Source: Chiloscyllium plagiosum
Lineage: Eukaryota
DNA: 64,000 nt
NCBI RefSeq assembly: GCF_004010195.1
Contig: NC_057758.1
Span: 2,516,205-2,580,204 of the forward strand
Direction of reading: 5' to 3'
Shown here: positions 36,891 through 49,196 of the stretch, in pieces
How positions within the stretch are numbered: the first letter of the stretch is position 1
Layout of the letters: every line of letters starts with the position of its first letter
Notes under the pieces: model-generated
Told to the model about the DNA's origin: nothing
The model's input: only the letters and a program-made list of their open reading frames with translations
Database searches by the model: none
Made by a program: the position numbers and the translations under genes

Positions 36891-38557
36891 ATGAGTAACT
36901 TCTGAACTGTGGCTCCCCATCCAAGATTGTGAAAACAGTAAACTGCCTGTGAAATCATTTCCCTGAGTTGAATCCATATGATACATGAGTAACATAGACC
37001 CAAAACCAACAATAAGAGTGCAGTTTCGATTCACTCTTAACAAGAGACAATAAACAAATGAGCACACCATTCCACCCATCAGATCTGTTCAGTAATTTAA
37101 TGGGGTCACTGTTGATCTGATCATCCTCAATCCCCTTTTTCCTGTGACCACTGATCGCCTTCCTCAATAAAAATCTGTCTATTGCAGCCTTCCATATACT
37201 TCATAATCCAACCTCAACAGGCCTCAGTGGGGAAGAATTCCAGACTCAATAGCCTCGAGAAGAAATCCTTCCTCATGTCTGTCATAAATAAGTGACCAAA
37301 TATTCTTAGATTACACCGTGCTCCAAGACACTCCACGAGGGGAAACAACTTTTCTGCAGCTACTCTGTCAAATCCCCTAATAATCATGCGTGTTCCACAA
37401 AAGGTCATGTATCATTCTCCTAAGTGCCAAAGTGTATAGTCCCAACCTATTTATCATTTCCTCTCTATAGTCCCTCCATAGCTGGTATCAGACTAATGAA
37501 CGCACTCTGGCCTCCAATGCCAATGTACCTTTCCTTTGATCAGGGGTCCAAAATTATCCACATTGTTCTGGTTATGCTCTGACAACTACCATTCACATAC
37601 ATTCTCCACAATAACCTGTATTAATGAATAAAACTTCTGGAAAAGGTCCAAAGATATTCCCAATAAGGTTTAGCTGAGCCAGCAACACAGAACAAAAGGC
37701 TTTATTTGGCATTCTTGGAGTCACTTTCCCGAAAATATAAATGCTTCAGAATCCCTGACATATATTTTCACTCGTGGTAAACGCATTAGAAAGGATGGGT
37801 TTCTCAGAAGCTTCCCTCCTCGGTGTTACATTCCCTGGAGAAACACCAGCCGCTTTTATCAACACTGATTTACACCTTGATAATCAGCGTGTTGCTCTAA
37901 CTGTCCCACCCAATGACAGTGAGAACATATGAGTTTTACTGACTCAGTTCCGTCTTCTGCACCATCCTTTGGACCAGCCTGGGGACACAGCTTCGAGGGT
38001 TCAGACAGGAACATGGAGTGGAGATGACAATTCGATCAATCACAATCTTATCATTTGGTGAGGCAGTTTCAAAGGGCTGAATGGCCTTCCTGCCCCTCAT
38101 TCACATGACAGCTTCCTGCCACCGTAAGACTTACTGCTTTTCGCTCAGTCTCACTGAAGATTTCTTCCTCCAGCTCCAAGCTCAGCAAGCCTTCTGGTTT
38201 CATTTCCCCTCAGCAATTCCAAATGAGCTGCCAACTTTACAAATTCACAAGTACCTTCTTTGAGAAGCACCCACATCAATTAAACAAAACAACTACTGAA
38301 CATGACCATCTGCATGCCAATGTAGCATGGTATTGGAGAAAATGAAATGCAAACTGAAGACCTGGCTTTGAAACATTGCTTTCATTTAAGGATTTATATA
38401 GAATTTGAAGCATCCGCACTGGTAGCAAAGTGGTGAGATGGCCAATCAAGCAGAAAGAAACCTTTTGAGCCTCCCACTTCACCCACTGACAGAATGAACA
38501 TGGTTTACTCCTGAACATGGTAAGCAGCAGCACTAACAGCAGAACAGACTCCTGCAG

Positions 38558-39733
38558 TCATTTGTGAACTCGCTGGTGTTCCTGCAGGCTGGACAATCGA
38601 GTGAATCCCTTTGCACACCGAGAGCAGGTGAAAGGCCTCTCTCCAGTGTGAACGCGCTGGTGTCTCTTCAGGTTGGATAATTGAGTGAATCCCTTCCCGC
38701 ACTGAAAGCAGGTGAATGGCCTCTCCCCAGTGTGAACTCGCTGGTGTGCTTGCAGGTTGGATAAGTGAGAGAATCCCTTCCCACACTGAGAGCAGGTGAA
38801 TGGCCTCTCCCCGGTGTGAACTCGCTGGTGTCTCTGCAGGTTGGATAATCGAGTAAATTCCTTCCCACACTGAGAGCAGGCATATGGCCTCTCCCCAGTG
38901 TGAACCTGCTGGTGTGTTTGCAGGTTGGATAAGTGAGAGAATCCCTTCCCACACAGAGAGCAAATGAATGGCTTCTCCCTGGTGTGGACTCGTTGGTGTG
39001 CTTGCAGATGGGATGAACATGTGAATCCCTTCCCACACTGAGAACAGGTGAATGGCCTCTCCCCAGTGTGAACTCGCTGGTGTACCTGCAGGTGGGATGA
39101 CTGTGTAAATCCCTTCCCGCACTGAGAACAGGTGAATGGCCTCTCTCCAGTGTGAACCCGCTGGTGAGCTTGCAGGTTGGATAACTGCGTGAATCCCCTC
39201 CCGCACTGAGAACAGACAAAAGGCCTCTCCCCGGTGTGAACTCGTTCATGTTGCAACAGGGTGTGCGAATCAGTGAATCCCTTCCCACACTGAGAGCAGG
39301 AGAATGGCCTCTCCCCAGTGTGAATACGTTGGTGAATAACCAAGCCAGACGACTGAGCAAATCCTTTCCCACACTCACAGCAAGTATACGGTCTCTCCCT
39401 AGTGTGAACTTGCTTGTGTCTCAATAGGTTTGCTGAATTGGTGAATCCCTTCGCACAATCCAAGCAGGGGAATACCTTTTTCCACGTGTGAATAAGCTTG
39501 TGTGTCAGTTGGGTAGATATATCAGCAAGTCCCTTCCTACAGTCAGACATGAATGGCCTGCCCACAGCATGAACTTGCTGCACTGTCAGCAGATTAGAGA
39601 TAGCACTGAATCCTTTCTCACACAGAAAACAGATGAACGGTCTCTCCCCAGTATGTCTGTGCTCATGAATCTCAAATGCAGATGGGTAATGGAATCCCTT
39701 TCTACAGTGCCCACATTTCCAGGATTTATTCAT
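38558..39733 (-). CDS. Poly-C2H2 zinc-finger protein, 391 aa (14 finger units, 12 canonical; no KRAB/SCAN/BTB domain visible)
   Basis: Uninterrupted ORF with repeated CxxC-x12-H-x3-H and TGERPF linkers. Units 2 and 3 are degenerate (H->V; missing first Cys). Confidence 0.92.
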   Translation of the reverse strand: MNKSWKCGHCRKGFHYPSAFEIHEHRHTGERPFICFLCEKGFSAISNLLTVQQVHAVGRPFMSDCRKGLADISTQLTHKLIHTWKKVFPCLDCAKGFTNSANLLRHKQVHTRERPYTCCECGKGFAQSSGLVIHQRIHTGERPFSCSQCGKGFTDSHTLLQHERVHTGERPFVCSQCGRGFTQLSNLQAHQRVHTGERPFTCSQCGKGFTQSSHLQVHQRVHTGERPFTCSQCGKGFTCSSHLQAHQRVHTREKPFICSLCGKGFSHLSNLQTHQQVHTGERPYACSQCGKEFTRLSNLQRHQRVHTGERPFTCSQCGKGFSHLSNLQAHQRVHTGERPFTCFQCGKGFTQLSNLKRHQRVHTGERPFTCSRCAKGFTRLSSLQEHQRVHK

Positions 39734-40254
39734 GGAGAGACTTTTCTCATTCCCTCTCCAGTTTTAATAATCAGTTGAAACCTTGTCCACACCCAAAACA
39801 TATGAATAGTCTCTCTCTGCTGTGAATTGTGCAATCATTTTTGCAGGCTGTTTTGCTGGTTAATGCTTTTTTCACTGTCGGTATGCTGAAATATTCGCAA
39901 TCAGGTATGCATGTGCATCACAATGCTTTACCAGTCAAATTGACTTTTAAAACCTTGGAAGCAGACAGAACAGAGAAACATTTCTCCCTCCGCAGTGAAA
40001 GGTCCATGACGTTCAGATCCTCGTTAGTTTTAGATTTCTTTCTTCAAATCCTTCCCTTCTTCTATCCTGCAAAAGCATTTTTAGAAGTCATAAATATCTC
40101 AGTGCAAGATAAAAATTCAAAAGAAAATATTATAAAAATATTGCTAATTCATGCTAATTGATAGATTTCTATTCACAATTGGTGCAGATTCAATGTGCCA
40201 AACAGCTTATTTTATGCTGCATTGCTGAATGCTTGTTCTTCAGGATATATTAGA

Positions 40255-40620
40255 GTCATAGAGATGTACAGCACGAAAACAGACCCTTCGGTCTAACCAG
40301 TCCATGCCGACCAGATTTCCCAAACCTAAACTAGTTCCACCTGCCAGCAATCGGCCCATATCCCTGTAAACCCTTCCTATTCATGTCTCCATCCAGATGT
40401 CTTTTAAACGTTCTAACTGTACCAGCCTCCACCACTTCCTCTTACAGCTCATTCCATACATGTACCACCCTCTGTGTGAAAATGTTGCCCCTTACGTCTC
40501 TTTTAAATCTTTCCCCTCTCACCCTTAACCTATGCCCTCGAGTTCTGGACTCCCCACCCCAGGGAAAAGACTGTCTATTTATTCTATCCATGCCCCTCAT
40601 AATTTTGTAAACCTCTATTA
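40255..40620 (-). mobile_element. CR1 3' end in the ZNF intron
   Basis: EVYKIMRGMDR...GHRLRVRGERFKRDVRGNIFTQRVVHVWNEL. Confidence 0.85.
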
Positions 40621-41550
40621 CTCGACCAAAACTATTCAGATTAACTGGACCACAATCTAATGAAAGACACAAGGAGATGTAAGAGAGAATATTACTTTGG
40701 CATCAATTGGAGACATCCTGAAAATTTTCATATATGAGGAAGCATTAAGCATGTGTCAAACAGTTGATTCAAAACCAAATGGGCAGTTGAGGGAAATAAA
40801 CTTGCTGTATATCAGAGATACAGAGAAAGACTGAGAGTGACTGGATTGTTCAAGAGTTGGCACAGCTTCAAATTGCCAAAATGATCCCTATGCCTTAATG
40901 AATCCAAAACTGAAATGTTACATTTCGCGGTAAGACCCTCATACAAGAGTGGAAACAACACGTGAATGTTATAACAGTGTGATAATATCAAATATGTACA
41001 CAATAACAACACTGGGCACAGCTCAATCACATATTAATTTAATGCCTCATCACATGTCAGCTCTTCGCTGGAAATCACCCCTTTTAATTATGAATAATAA
41101 AAAAAAGACATCATTCTGTTAGCCAGAAAAACAAGTGTGTCGAGTTGAGAGTGTGTTGCTGGAAAAGCACATTCGGTCAGGCAGCATCTGAGAAGCAGGA
41201 AAATCGACGTTTCGGGCAATTCCTGATGAAGGGCTCTTTCGATTTTCCTGCTCCTAGGATGCTGCCTGACCTGCTGTGCTTTTCCAGCAACATACACTCT
41301 CAACTCTGTTCTCCAGCATCTGCAGATCTCACTGTCTCCAACTAAGGGTGCCGAGCTGAGTGAGTAAAAGATGTCACAAACAAAAATGCAAATGGCTGGA
41401 CAAACTCAGCAGGTCTGCCAACATCAGTGGAGAGAAATCAAGAGTTTACGGTTCGGGTCGAGTGACCCTTCCTCAGCACAGTAAACGACGTCACCTTCTT
41501 TTACAGAGTGGAAGACCTGGGCCCACCTTTCCCTGGATTCACTTCCTTAC

Positions 41551-41770
41551 CGTTCAATTCTTGCAAGTCAACAATTTAACCCCGAATGAGAAAAGGACTG
41601 AAAAGTAGTGGAATGATCACGCATGATGGGCAGAGCATGATGTTTCAGTTTGGGTGAAGCTCAATCTTCATTCAGACAGAGATGAGGAGTAGCAGCAACT
41701 TCTCCGGGCAGGAATGAACAGCTTCAGAACACAGTGGCTAACATCCGCATTCAGACAATAGGGGACCGCC
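41551..41770 (-). other. Probable non-coding first exon of the zinc-finger gene (intron 40067-41550)
   Basis: Minus-strand donor GAACG|GTAAGG at 41550 and acceptor tgcttttgcag|G at 40067/40066, upstream of the ZNF ORF. The 5' boundary is inferred from the adjacent promoter motifs. Confidence 0.5.
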
Positions 41771-41960
41771 GATTGGCTGGAGGACGAGCTGGCTTCCGGT
41801 CCTCCGAGTTTCCATTGGCCAACAGTGAAGTCCTTCAATTGATGGCGCACGGTCTTTCGCACCACGTGCGCCATCTGCCATCCCCTCCCCCAAACCCACC
41901 CAGCCCCACAAGATGCGGCCAATAGAGTGGTTTCAATAGCGCAATGCATTGTGGTCCCAC
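41765..41960 (-). promoter_or_regulatory. TATA-less promoter of the zinc-finger gene (NF-Y, ETS, YY1-like, ZNF143/Staf-like motifs)
   Basis: ATTGG near 41772 and 41814, CCAAT near 41919, CTTCCGG near 41793, CAAGATGCGGC near 41908, and GACCACAATGCATTGCGC on the minus strand (41939-41956) resembling the Staf/ZNF143 site. Locally CpG-rich. Confidence 0.6.
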
Positions 41961-42569
41961 TCGCTACCATGTCACAGTGGGAGCCTAATTTACAACTTTG
42001 CGAGAAAAGGATGCAAATTCGATATGCTGCACCAGAATACCCTCAAACAACGAGTCATTTCATTTGCTTGTTAAAGTCCCGCGTTCTTAACAAAAGAACT
42101 TGTTAAATTCAGGCTTAAAGATTCTGATATAAAAACAGAAATTGCTGGAAAAAGTTTAACGTGTTGGGCAGCATCTATGGACAGACATCAGACTGAACAT
42201 TCGTGTTCTGAGGAAAGGTCGCTCGAACTGAAATGTTGACTCTGATCTCTCTGTACAGATACTGCCAGACCTGCTGAGCTTTTCCAGCCATTTTTCTTTT
42301 TGTTTCTGATTTACATCATCCGCAGTTCTTTCGATATTTACTAAAGATTTAGATGCCCGGCTGGAAAAAGGGCAAAACATGAGGTGAAACAAAACCCAAG
42401 ATTCTATTGTAATTTATGAAGACGATGTGAGGTGTATTCAAAATCAGCAATGCAGGAAATCATAAGTGAGAGAATAAAATATTTTCCAATGCATAAAAAA
42501 TTGTAAAGTGTGGTGTTTCTCAGCAGAAATAAAAAAAAGCTTTAATTTAAATGGGGAGATGCTGCAAGG

Positions 42570-44845
42570 AGAGTTAGGGAAACGATTGCAGAGCCCTTTG
42601 CTGAGAGATTTGTCACATCAATAGTTACAGGTGAGATGTCAGACAACTGGAATTGGCTAACATGGTGGCCACTATTTAAGAAAGATGGGAAGGAAAAGTC
42701 AGGGAACTATAGACCAGGGACTCTGACATCAGTGGTGGACAAGCAGGAGGCCGGAAAACACAGCAAGCCAGGCAGCATCAGAACGTAGAGATTTTGGGTG
42801 TAGCCCTTCTTCCCGAAACATTCACTTCTGCACCTCCTGTTGCTGCCTTTAGATTAGATTAAGATTACTTACAGTATGGAAACAGGCCCTTTGGCCCAAC
42901 AAGTCCACACCGCCAAAGCGTATACCACCCAGACCCATACTCCTACATTTACCTCTTCACCTAACACTGACATGGCCAATTCACCTAACCTGCACATTTT
43001 TTGACTGTGGGAGGAAACCGGAGCACCCGGAGAAAACCAATGCAGACACGGGGAGAATGTGCAAACTCCACACAGAGAGTCGCCTGAGGCGGGAATTGAA
43101 CCCGGGTCTCTTGGCGCTGTGAGGCAGCAGTGCTAACCACTGTACCACCGTGCTGCCCACCGTGCCACCTTGCCTTCTTCTAGCCAACTGCTTCTCTACC
43201 TTGGATTCCAGCATCTGCAGGGTTTTTTTTATGTCTCTGACATCAGTGGTGGGCAGGTTGTTGGAGGAAATCCTGGGGAACATGTTTTACATGTATTTGG
43301 AAAGGCAAGGACGGATTGTGGATAGTCAACAAAGGTTTGTGCATGGAAATCTTTCCTTACTAACTTAATTTAGCTTTTTTGAAGAAGTTACAGAGAGGAT
43401 TGCTGAGGGCAGAGCGGTGGACATGATCTATATGGACTTCAGTAAGATTGCTCATGGTAGACCAGATAGCAAGGTTAGATGACATGAAGTACAAAGAGAA
43501 CTAGCCAATTTGATACAGATCTGGTTCGAAGGTTGTGGTGGAGGGTTGCTTTTCAGACTGGAGGCGTGTGACCAGTGGTGTACTACAAGAATTGACAGTG
43601 GTTCCATTGCTTTATGCAATTTATATAAATGATTTGGGTGTGAAAAGAGGAGGTATGTTTCGTGAGTTTGCAGATGACACCAAAATTGAAGGTGAACCGG
43701 ACAGTGAAGAAGATTACCTAAGAGCATGGTGAGATCTTGATCAATTGGGCCAATGGTCCGAGCAGTGGCAGATGGAGTTTAATTTTGATAAATGTGAGGT
43801 GCTGCATTTTGGAATGGCAGGACAGGACTTAGAAACTTGATAGTAGGATCCTGGGGAGTGTTGCTGAACAAGGCTGTGCTAGGTGGCATGGTGGCACAGT
43901 TGTTAGCACTGCTGCCTTACAGAGCCAGAACCGGTTTCAATTCCCGCCTCGGGCAACTACCTGTGTGGAATTTGCACATTCTCCGGTTGCTCCGGTTTCC
44001 ACCCACAGCCCAAAAATGTGCAGGGTAGCTGAATTGGCCAGGCTAAATTGCCCATAGTGTTAGGTGAAGGGCTAACTGTAGGGGAATGGGACTGGGTGGG
44101 TTGCTCTTCGGAGGGTCGGTGCAGACAAGTTGGGCCAAAGGGCCTGTTTCCTCACCGTAAGCCATCTAATCAATAAAAAGGATACCTTGGAGTGCAGCTT
44201 CTTACTTACTTGGAAGTGGAATCGCAGGTCTACAGGGTATTGAAGAAGTCAGTATTCAGTATAGAGGTTGGGAGATCATGTTGGGGTTGTACAGGATATT
44301 GGTTAGGTACTATTGTAATACTGCCTGCAATTCTGGTCTCCCTGCTATAGGAAAGATGTCGTGAAACTTGAAAGAGTTCGGAAAAAATCTACACTGATCA
44401 GAGGGTTTCAGCTATAGGGAGAGGCTGAATGCAACAGCCTGGGGCTATTTTCCCTGAAGTGTCGGAGATTGAGGGGTGACATTTTAGAGGTTTAGAAAAT
44501 CATGATGGGCATGAAAAGGGTAAACAGGCAAGGTCTTTGCCTCAGGTTAGGATACTCCAAAATTACAGGTCATAGGTTTAAGATGTGAGGAGACAGATTC
44601 AAAAGTGACGTAAGCAGCAATGTTTTCATGCAGAGGGTGATGCGTGTATGGAATGAGCTGCCAGACGAAGTGGTAGATGCTAGTACAATTACAACAAATA
44701 CAAGGTATCTCGATGCCAGTATGAATAGGATGGTCTTAGAGGGATATTGGCGTAATGCTGGAAAATGGGACTAGGCTTATTTCGGATATCTAGTCAGTTG
44801 TACCGAAGGGCCTGTTGGTGTGCTGTACGTCTTTATGACTCTATA
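42570..44845 (+). mobile_element. CR1 ORF2 3' half with nested Penelope fragment and two SINEs (about 42850-43170, 43880-44170)
   Basis: SLTSVVGRLLEEIL, VTSGVLQE...YINDL...FADDTKIEG and the 3' tail. Confidence 0.85.
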
Positions 44846-45129
44846 AGTCTGAGGTACAGAGGGAACTATGTGTCCTTGGAGATTAATCACATTGAGTTAG
44901 TCTACAGAAATAGTGAGTGAATGGAAATGCAAAGAAATTGTGTTTCTTTTTTCTCATGCTTTCATCGGAAGTGGGACTCACAGGCTGGCCACACGATATC
45001 CTCTGTTCCTAACAGCCCGAGGGAAAATGGTAACGTTTTGACCTGTTGCACGCCATGAAAATGACGGAATTCCAGAGTCTGATTCCTTTGGAAAACAGGA
45101 AGCAGTAGTAATTAAACTGTGGGGTTAAA

Positions 45130-47800
45130 GGGAAGGTTTAAACTAGATTGGCAAGGGGTGGGATCCTTAACAACAGGGAGGCAAGTGCGAGGTTGGAAGG
45201 AGATACAGTAATAGAAAAGTGAAGGGACAGTTCAGGCTGGAACACAGAAGGGAGTAAGGAAAGTCTGTTGGATTTAATTGTATGTATTTCTAATGCAAAG
45301 GCCTGATATGTCAGGTCGATGAACTCAAGGCGTGGATAGGTACACTGGGATATTAGATTACAGAAACATGGCGAAGGTCAGGACAGGACAGGCAGTTCAA
45401 TATACCAGTGTACAGGTGCTTCAGTTGCGACAGTGCAGGTAGAAAGAATGGAAGAGGAGTTGCATTTTTGATTAAGGCAAGGATCACATTGGTAATCAGA
45501 GACTAAATAAGTGAGACTTTATGGGAGGAGCTAAGAAACAAGAAGGGGATGGTGACGTTATTGATGTTTTACTATAGGCCCCAAAGAGTCAATGGGAATT
45601 AGAGGAACAAATATACAGGGAGATTGGGCAGACTTGCTGGAACAATATGGTTGTCATAGTAGGGGATTTTAATTTTCTTAACATGGACTGGGGCTGCTAT
45701 GGCTTAGCTGAGATGGAATTTGTTAAGTCTGTTCAGGAAAGTTTCCTCAAGCAGTATATAGAGAGTCCTACCCTGGAAGTGGCAAAACCCGATCTATTCT
45801 TTGGAAATAATGCAGGAGAGGTAACTGACGTAAAAGTAGGGGGAGCACTTTGGTACCAGTGATCATAGTTCTATTAATTTTAAAATAGTTATGGAGAAGG
45901 AAAAAAAACTGGTCCACAAGTTCATAGTCTAATTTGGGGCCAATGAAATTTTGATGAAATTAGACAGGAGTTTGCAGGGGGAGATTGGAGTAGTTTGTTT
46001 TGCAGGCAAAGGGACTTCTGACAATTGAGAGGCCTTTAAAAGTGAGGTAGTTAGCATTCAAAGTCTATATGTTCCTGTGAGGGTAAAAGGCAAATTCGAC
46101 AGGAATAGGAAACCCTAGATGACAAAAGGTAACAAGGCCTTAACCAGCAGAAAAAGGAGGTATGGCTCAGGTACAGGTTGTTGGGATCAAGAGTTCCCTG
46201 GAGTTATGTAAAGGATACAGGAGTTTATTGAAAAAGAGAATCAGGAGGGCGAAAAGGAGGCACGAGATAGCCTTGGCTGAGAAGATTGAGGTGAATCCAA
46301 GGAGGTCCTTGAAATATATTCACGGAGGAAAAAAGTAACGAGAGAAAGAAGTGGACACCTCAAGGACCAAAGTGGGCATGTGTGTGTAGAACCGCAGGGG
46401 GTGGGCGAGGTTCTCAACTCATATTTCTCCTCTGTGTTTACCGTGTAAAAAGACATAAAGACTTGGGAACTTTGGGAATGTAGTTGTCATGTCTTGAGCG
46501 AAGTCCATCTCACAGTAAAGGAGTGTTGCATGAATTAGAATGTATAAATGTGGTGAAATCTCCTTGTCCTGACCAGATACATCCACAAACACTGCTAGGG
46601 AGGAAATTGTGGGGGCCTTGGCTCATATTTGTGCATCATTATTAGCCACGGGTGAGGGCCTGTAAGACTACGGGGTCACGAATGTTGTGCGCTTATTCAA
46701 GAAGGGTTGCAAAGAAAAATCTGAGAAGTGTGTTCAAGTGAGCCTCACCTCTGTGTGAGGTAAGTTACTTGAGAAGTTTCTCAGAGAAAGTTATCCATGC
46801 ATTTCTAAAGTCAGCTTGGTTTTGTGCGCGAGATATCATGCCTTACAAATCCATTAGAGTACTTTGATGAAAGTGACAAAGGCAGTTGACCAGGGCAGTG
46901 CAGTAGACGTAATCTATGTGGATTTCAATAAGGCCGTTGCGATGGTTCTACATGGTCGGCGACTCTGACAGCTTAGATCGCATGGAATCCAGAAGGAAGT
47001 GCAAATTGAATACACAATTAGCTTGATTGTAGTAAGCAGAGGGTAACAGTGGAAGGATGCGTGTCAGACGAGAAGCTTGTGACTACTGGAGTGCCTTCGA
47101 AGTAGGTACTGGGCCCATTGCTGTTTGTTATCTATGTCAATGATTTCGATGAAAATGTAAGCGGCATGATTTGTAAGTTTAGAGATGACAGTAAAAAAGG
47201 AGTTATCGTGGACAGTGAGGAAGGTTATCAGAAATTACAGCCGAACCTTGATTAGCTGGGGAACGGAAATGGAAGTTTAATATAGATAAGTGTGAGGTCT
47301 TACATTTTGGAAAGTCAAATCAAGGTCGGAGTTTTATGTGAATGGTACGGCCTTCAGGAAGGTAGTGGAACAGAGGCATCCTAGAGTTCAGGTGAATGGT
47401 TCTCTGCAAGTGGAGTCACAGGGAGGCAGGATAGTGAAGGCGGTTTTTGGTGCACTGGCCTTCATCAGTCAGGGCATTGAGTAAAGAAGTTGGGAAGTTT
47501 TGTTGCAGTTAGACAGGATGTTGGTGAGGCCGTACATGGAGTATTGTGTTCAGTTTTGGTCACCTTGCTTTGGGAAGAATGTTATTAAACTGGAAAGAGC
47601 GCAGAATAAACTTACAAAGATGTTGCCAGGACTCAAGGCTCAAGTAATAGGGACAGTTTGGACAAACCAAAACTTTATTCTTTAGAGTATAGGAGATCGA
47701 AGTGGGATCCTATAGAACTCTTTAAGATCATGGAGGAATGGATAGGGTGAGCACACTTAGTCTTTTTCCCAGGGTTGGGAATTCGAGGACTAGTGGCCAT
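45130..47800 (+). mobile_element. Long decayed CR1 ORF2
   Basis: VIVGDFNFLNMDW and MLVRPYMEYCVQFWSP. Confidence 0.85.
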
Positions 47801-49196
47801 TAGGTGGTAAGGTAACCACCTAAAATGCATTTGCTGGCAGTTCATTCCACATGCATGCCACCCTCTGCGTAAAAGAAAGTTGCCTCTCAGGTTTCCTTTG
47901 ATCCTTTCCCCTCTAAGCTTAAACTGATTTGATTAGATTAATTTAATCTAATCAGTTTAAGTTTAGAGGGGAAAGGATCAAAGGAAACCTGAGAGGCAAC
48001 TTTCTTTTACGCAGAGGGTGGCATGCATGTGGAATGAACTGCCAGCAAATGCATTTTAGGTGGTTACCTTACCACCTAATGGCCACTAGTCCTCGAATTC
48101 CCAACCCTGGGAAAAAGACTAAGTGTGCTCACCCTATCCATTCCTCCATGATCTTAAAGAGTTCTATAGGATCCCACTTCGATCTCCTATACTCTAAAGA
48201 ATAAAGTTTTGGTTTGTCCAAACTGTCCCTATTACTTGAGCCTTGAGTCCTGGCAACATCTTTGTAAGTTTATTCTGCGCTCTTTCCAGTTTAATAACAT
48301 TCTTCCCAAAGCAAGGTGACCAAAACTGAACACAATACTCCATGTACGGCCTCACCAACATCCTGTCTAACTGCAACAAAACTTCCCAACTTCTTTACTC
48401 AATGCCCTGACTGATGAAGGCCAGTGCACCAAAAACCGCCTTCACTATCCTGCCTCCCTGTGACTCCACTTGCAGAGAACCATTCACCTGAACTCTAGGA
48501 TGCCTCTGTTCCACTACCTTCCTGAAGGCCGTACCATTCACATAAAACTCCGACCTTGATTTGACTTTCCAAAATGTAAGACCTCACACTTATCTATATT
48601 AAACTTCCATTTCCGTTCCCCAGCTAATCAAGGTTCGGCTGTAATTTCTGATAACCTTCCTCACTGTCCACGATAACTCCTTTTTTACTGTCATCTCTAA
48701 ACTTACAAATCATGCCGCTTACATTTTCATCGAAATCATTGACATAGATAACAAACAGCAATGGGCCCAGTACCTACTTCGAAGGCACTCCAGTAGTCAC
48801 AAGCTTCTCGTCTGACACGCATCCTTCCACTGTTACCCTCTGCTTACTACAATCAAGCTAATTGTGTATTCAATTTGCACTTCCTTCTGGATTCCATGCG
48901 ATCTAAGCTGTCAGAGTCGCCGACCATGTAGAACCATCGCAACGGCCTTATTGAAATCCACATAGATTACGTCTACTGCACTGCCCTGGTCAACTGCCTT
49001 TGTCACTTTCATCAAAGTACTCTAATGGATTTGTAAGGCATGATATCTCGCGCACAAAACCAAGCTGACTTTAGAAATGCATGGATAACTTTCTCTGAGA
49101 AACTTCTCAAGTAACTTACCTCACACAGAGGTGAGGCTCACTTGAACACACTTCTCAGATTTTTCTTTGCAACCCTTCTTGAATAAGCGCACAACA
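46683..49196. repeat. About 2.5-kb near-perfect palindrome (inverted duplication) centred at 47942
   Basis: Mirror ORFs 47500-47685(+) and 48194-48379(-) are identical. The arms match out to tgttgtgcgcttattc (46683) and gaataagcgcacaaca (49196). Confidence 0.97.

Noticed and set aside
38505..39378. Overlapping 233-aa and 236-aa ORFs
   Set aside because: Alternative frames of the repetitive zinc-finger exon.
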